This document shows positions 63,443-64,000 of a stretch of 64,000 nt of DNA, piece after piece; the first letter of the stretch is position 1; every line of letters begins with the position of its first letter. The DNA is taken from NCBI GenBank assembly GCA_051362555.1, contig CM120641.1, forward strand, positions 37,640,401-37,704,400, given 5' to 3'. Below the pieces are notes generated by a model. It did not search any database and had not been told where the DNA came from. It saw only the letters and a list, made by a program, of their open reading frames with translations. The position numbers and the translations under genes were made by a program. This DNA is from Lingula anatina. Taxonomy: Eukaryota; Animalia; Brachiopoda.

Positions 63443-64000
63443 CTGTAATGATATATATAGGTATTATCACTATTCCTTGGTAGTCATAAGCCAAAAAACA
63501 AAACAAAACAAAAAAGATGTGCAATACCCATGCAAATGCAATAAAAATACAAAAATGAGATTGCTTGATACCTGAGTTCAACATAAACATCTTAAAACCT
63601 ACATATCTAAATAAATAATAAAAATAGTACTGTTTTGTGTGAGAAGCATGACTGTTTAGATGACTACCATACTGATAGTGATATCATTTTCTCAGCACAT
63701 TAAAAACAGCACATTAAAAACAAAGTTTTCATCAACAATTGTTTGTGAATTGTGTCAGTGTTACTTAGATAAACCCTGATAACAAGACTACTAAATCATT
63801 TTAATTCAACTCAAAAGAATAGTCATAATTCAAGCCCCTATACCTTGAAGGTAGAACAGATTTTTTTCTTCCTAAAACACGGAAAAGGCAGACATGATGT
63901 CTCTATATAACCAAATAAATGACATTGGCTAAAAATTCAAGGTCCTTGTGACAAGTGACAAATTATCATATCCAGGCCCTTTATCATGTTCAGTATCATC

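Noticed and set aside
63443-64000. Search for the first coding exon of P4HA-C
   Set aside because: No signal-peptide exon with a phase-2 donor was found; it must lie beyond the window.

Overview
AT-rich, intron-rich animal genomic DNA (invertebrate bilaterian, plausibly a lophotrochozoan; species cannot be determined from this window). From left to right it contains: a possible last exon/3'UTR of an unidentified gene; a tRNA-Lys(CTT); about 17 kb of non-coding sequence around an intronless neurogenin bHLH gene; a 14-exon collagen-type prolyl 4-hydroxylase alpha gene (P4HA-A, +); CatSper3 (-); an LTR-like/structured ~750 bp element; MAD2L1 (-); a second complete P4HA gene (P4HA-B, -); and a third, 5'-truncated P4HA gene (P4HA-C, -). 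The main observation is that P4HA-C carries four clusters of tandem duplicated, apparently mutually exclusive exons (2 x 2 x 5 x 2, up to 40 isoforms). By homology they map onto the peptide-substrate-binding TPR domain and the two substrate-gripping loops of the catalytic domain, and they are flanked by intronic complementary segments that could enforce exon choice. The two neighbouring paralogues each keep one copy of every exon, apparently different variants at exons 4 and 11. Several MITEs, a Helentron-like element and microsatellites are also present. All exon boundaries were read by hand from GT/AG sites and reading-frame continuity; no database searches or folding programs were run.
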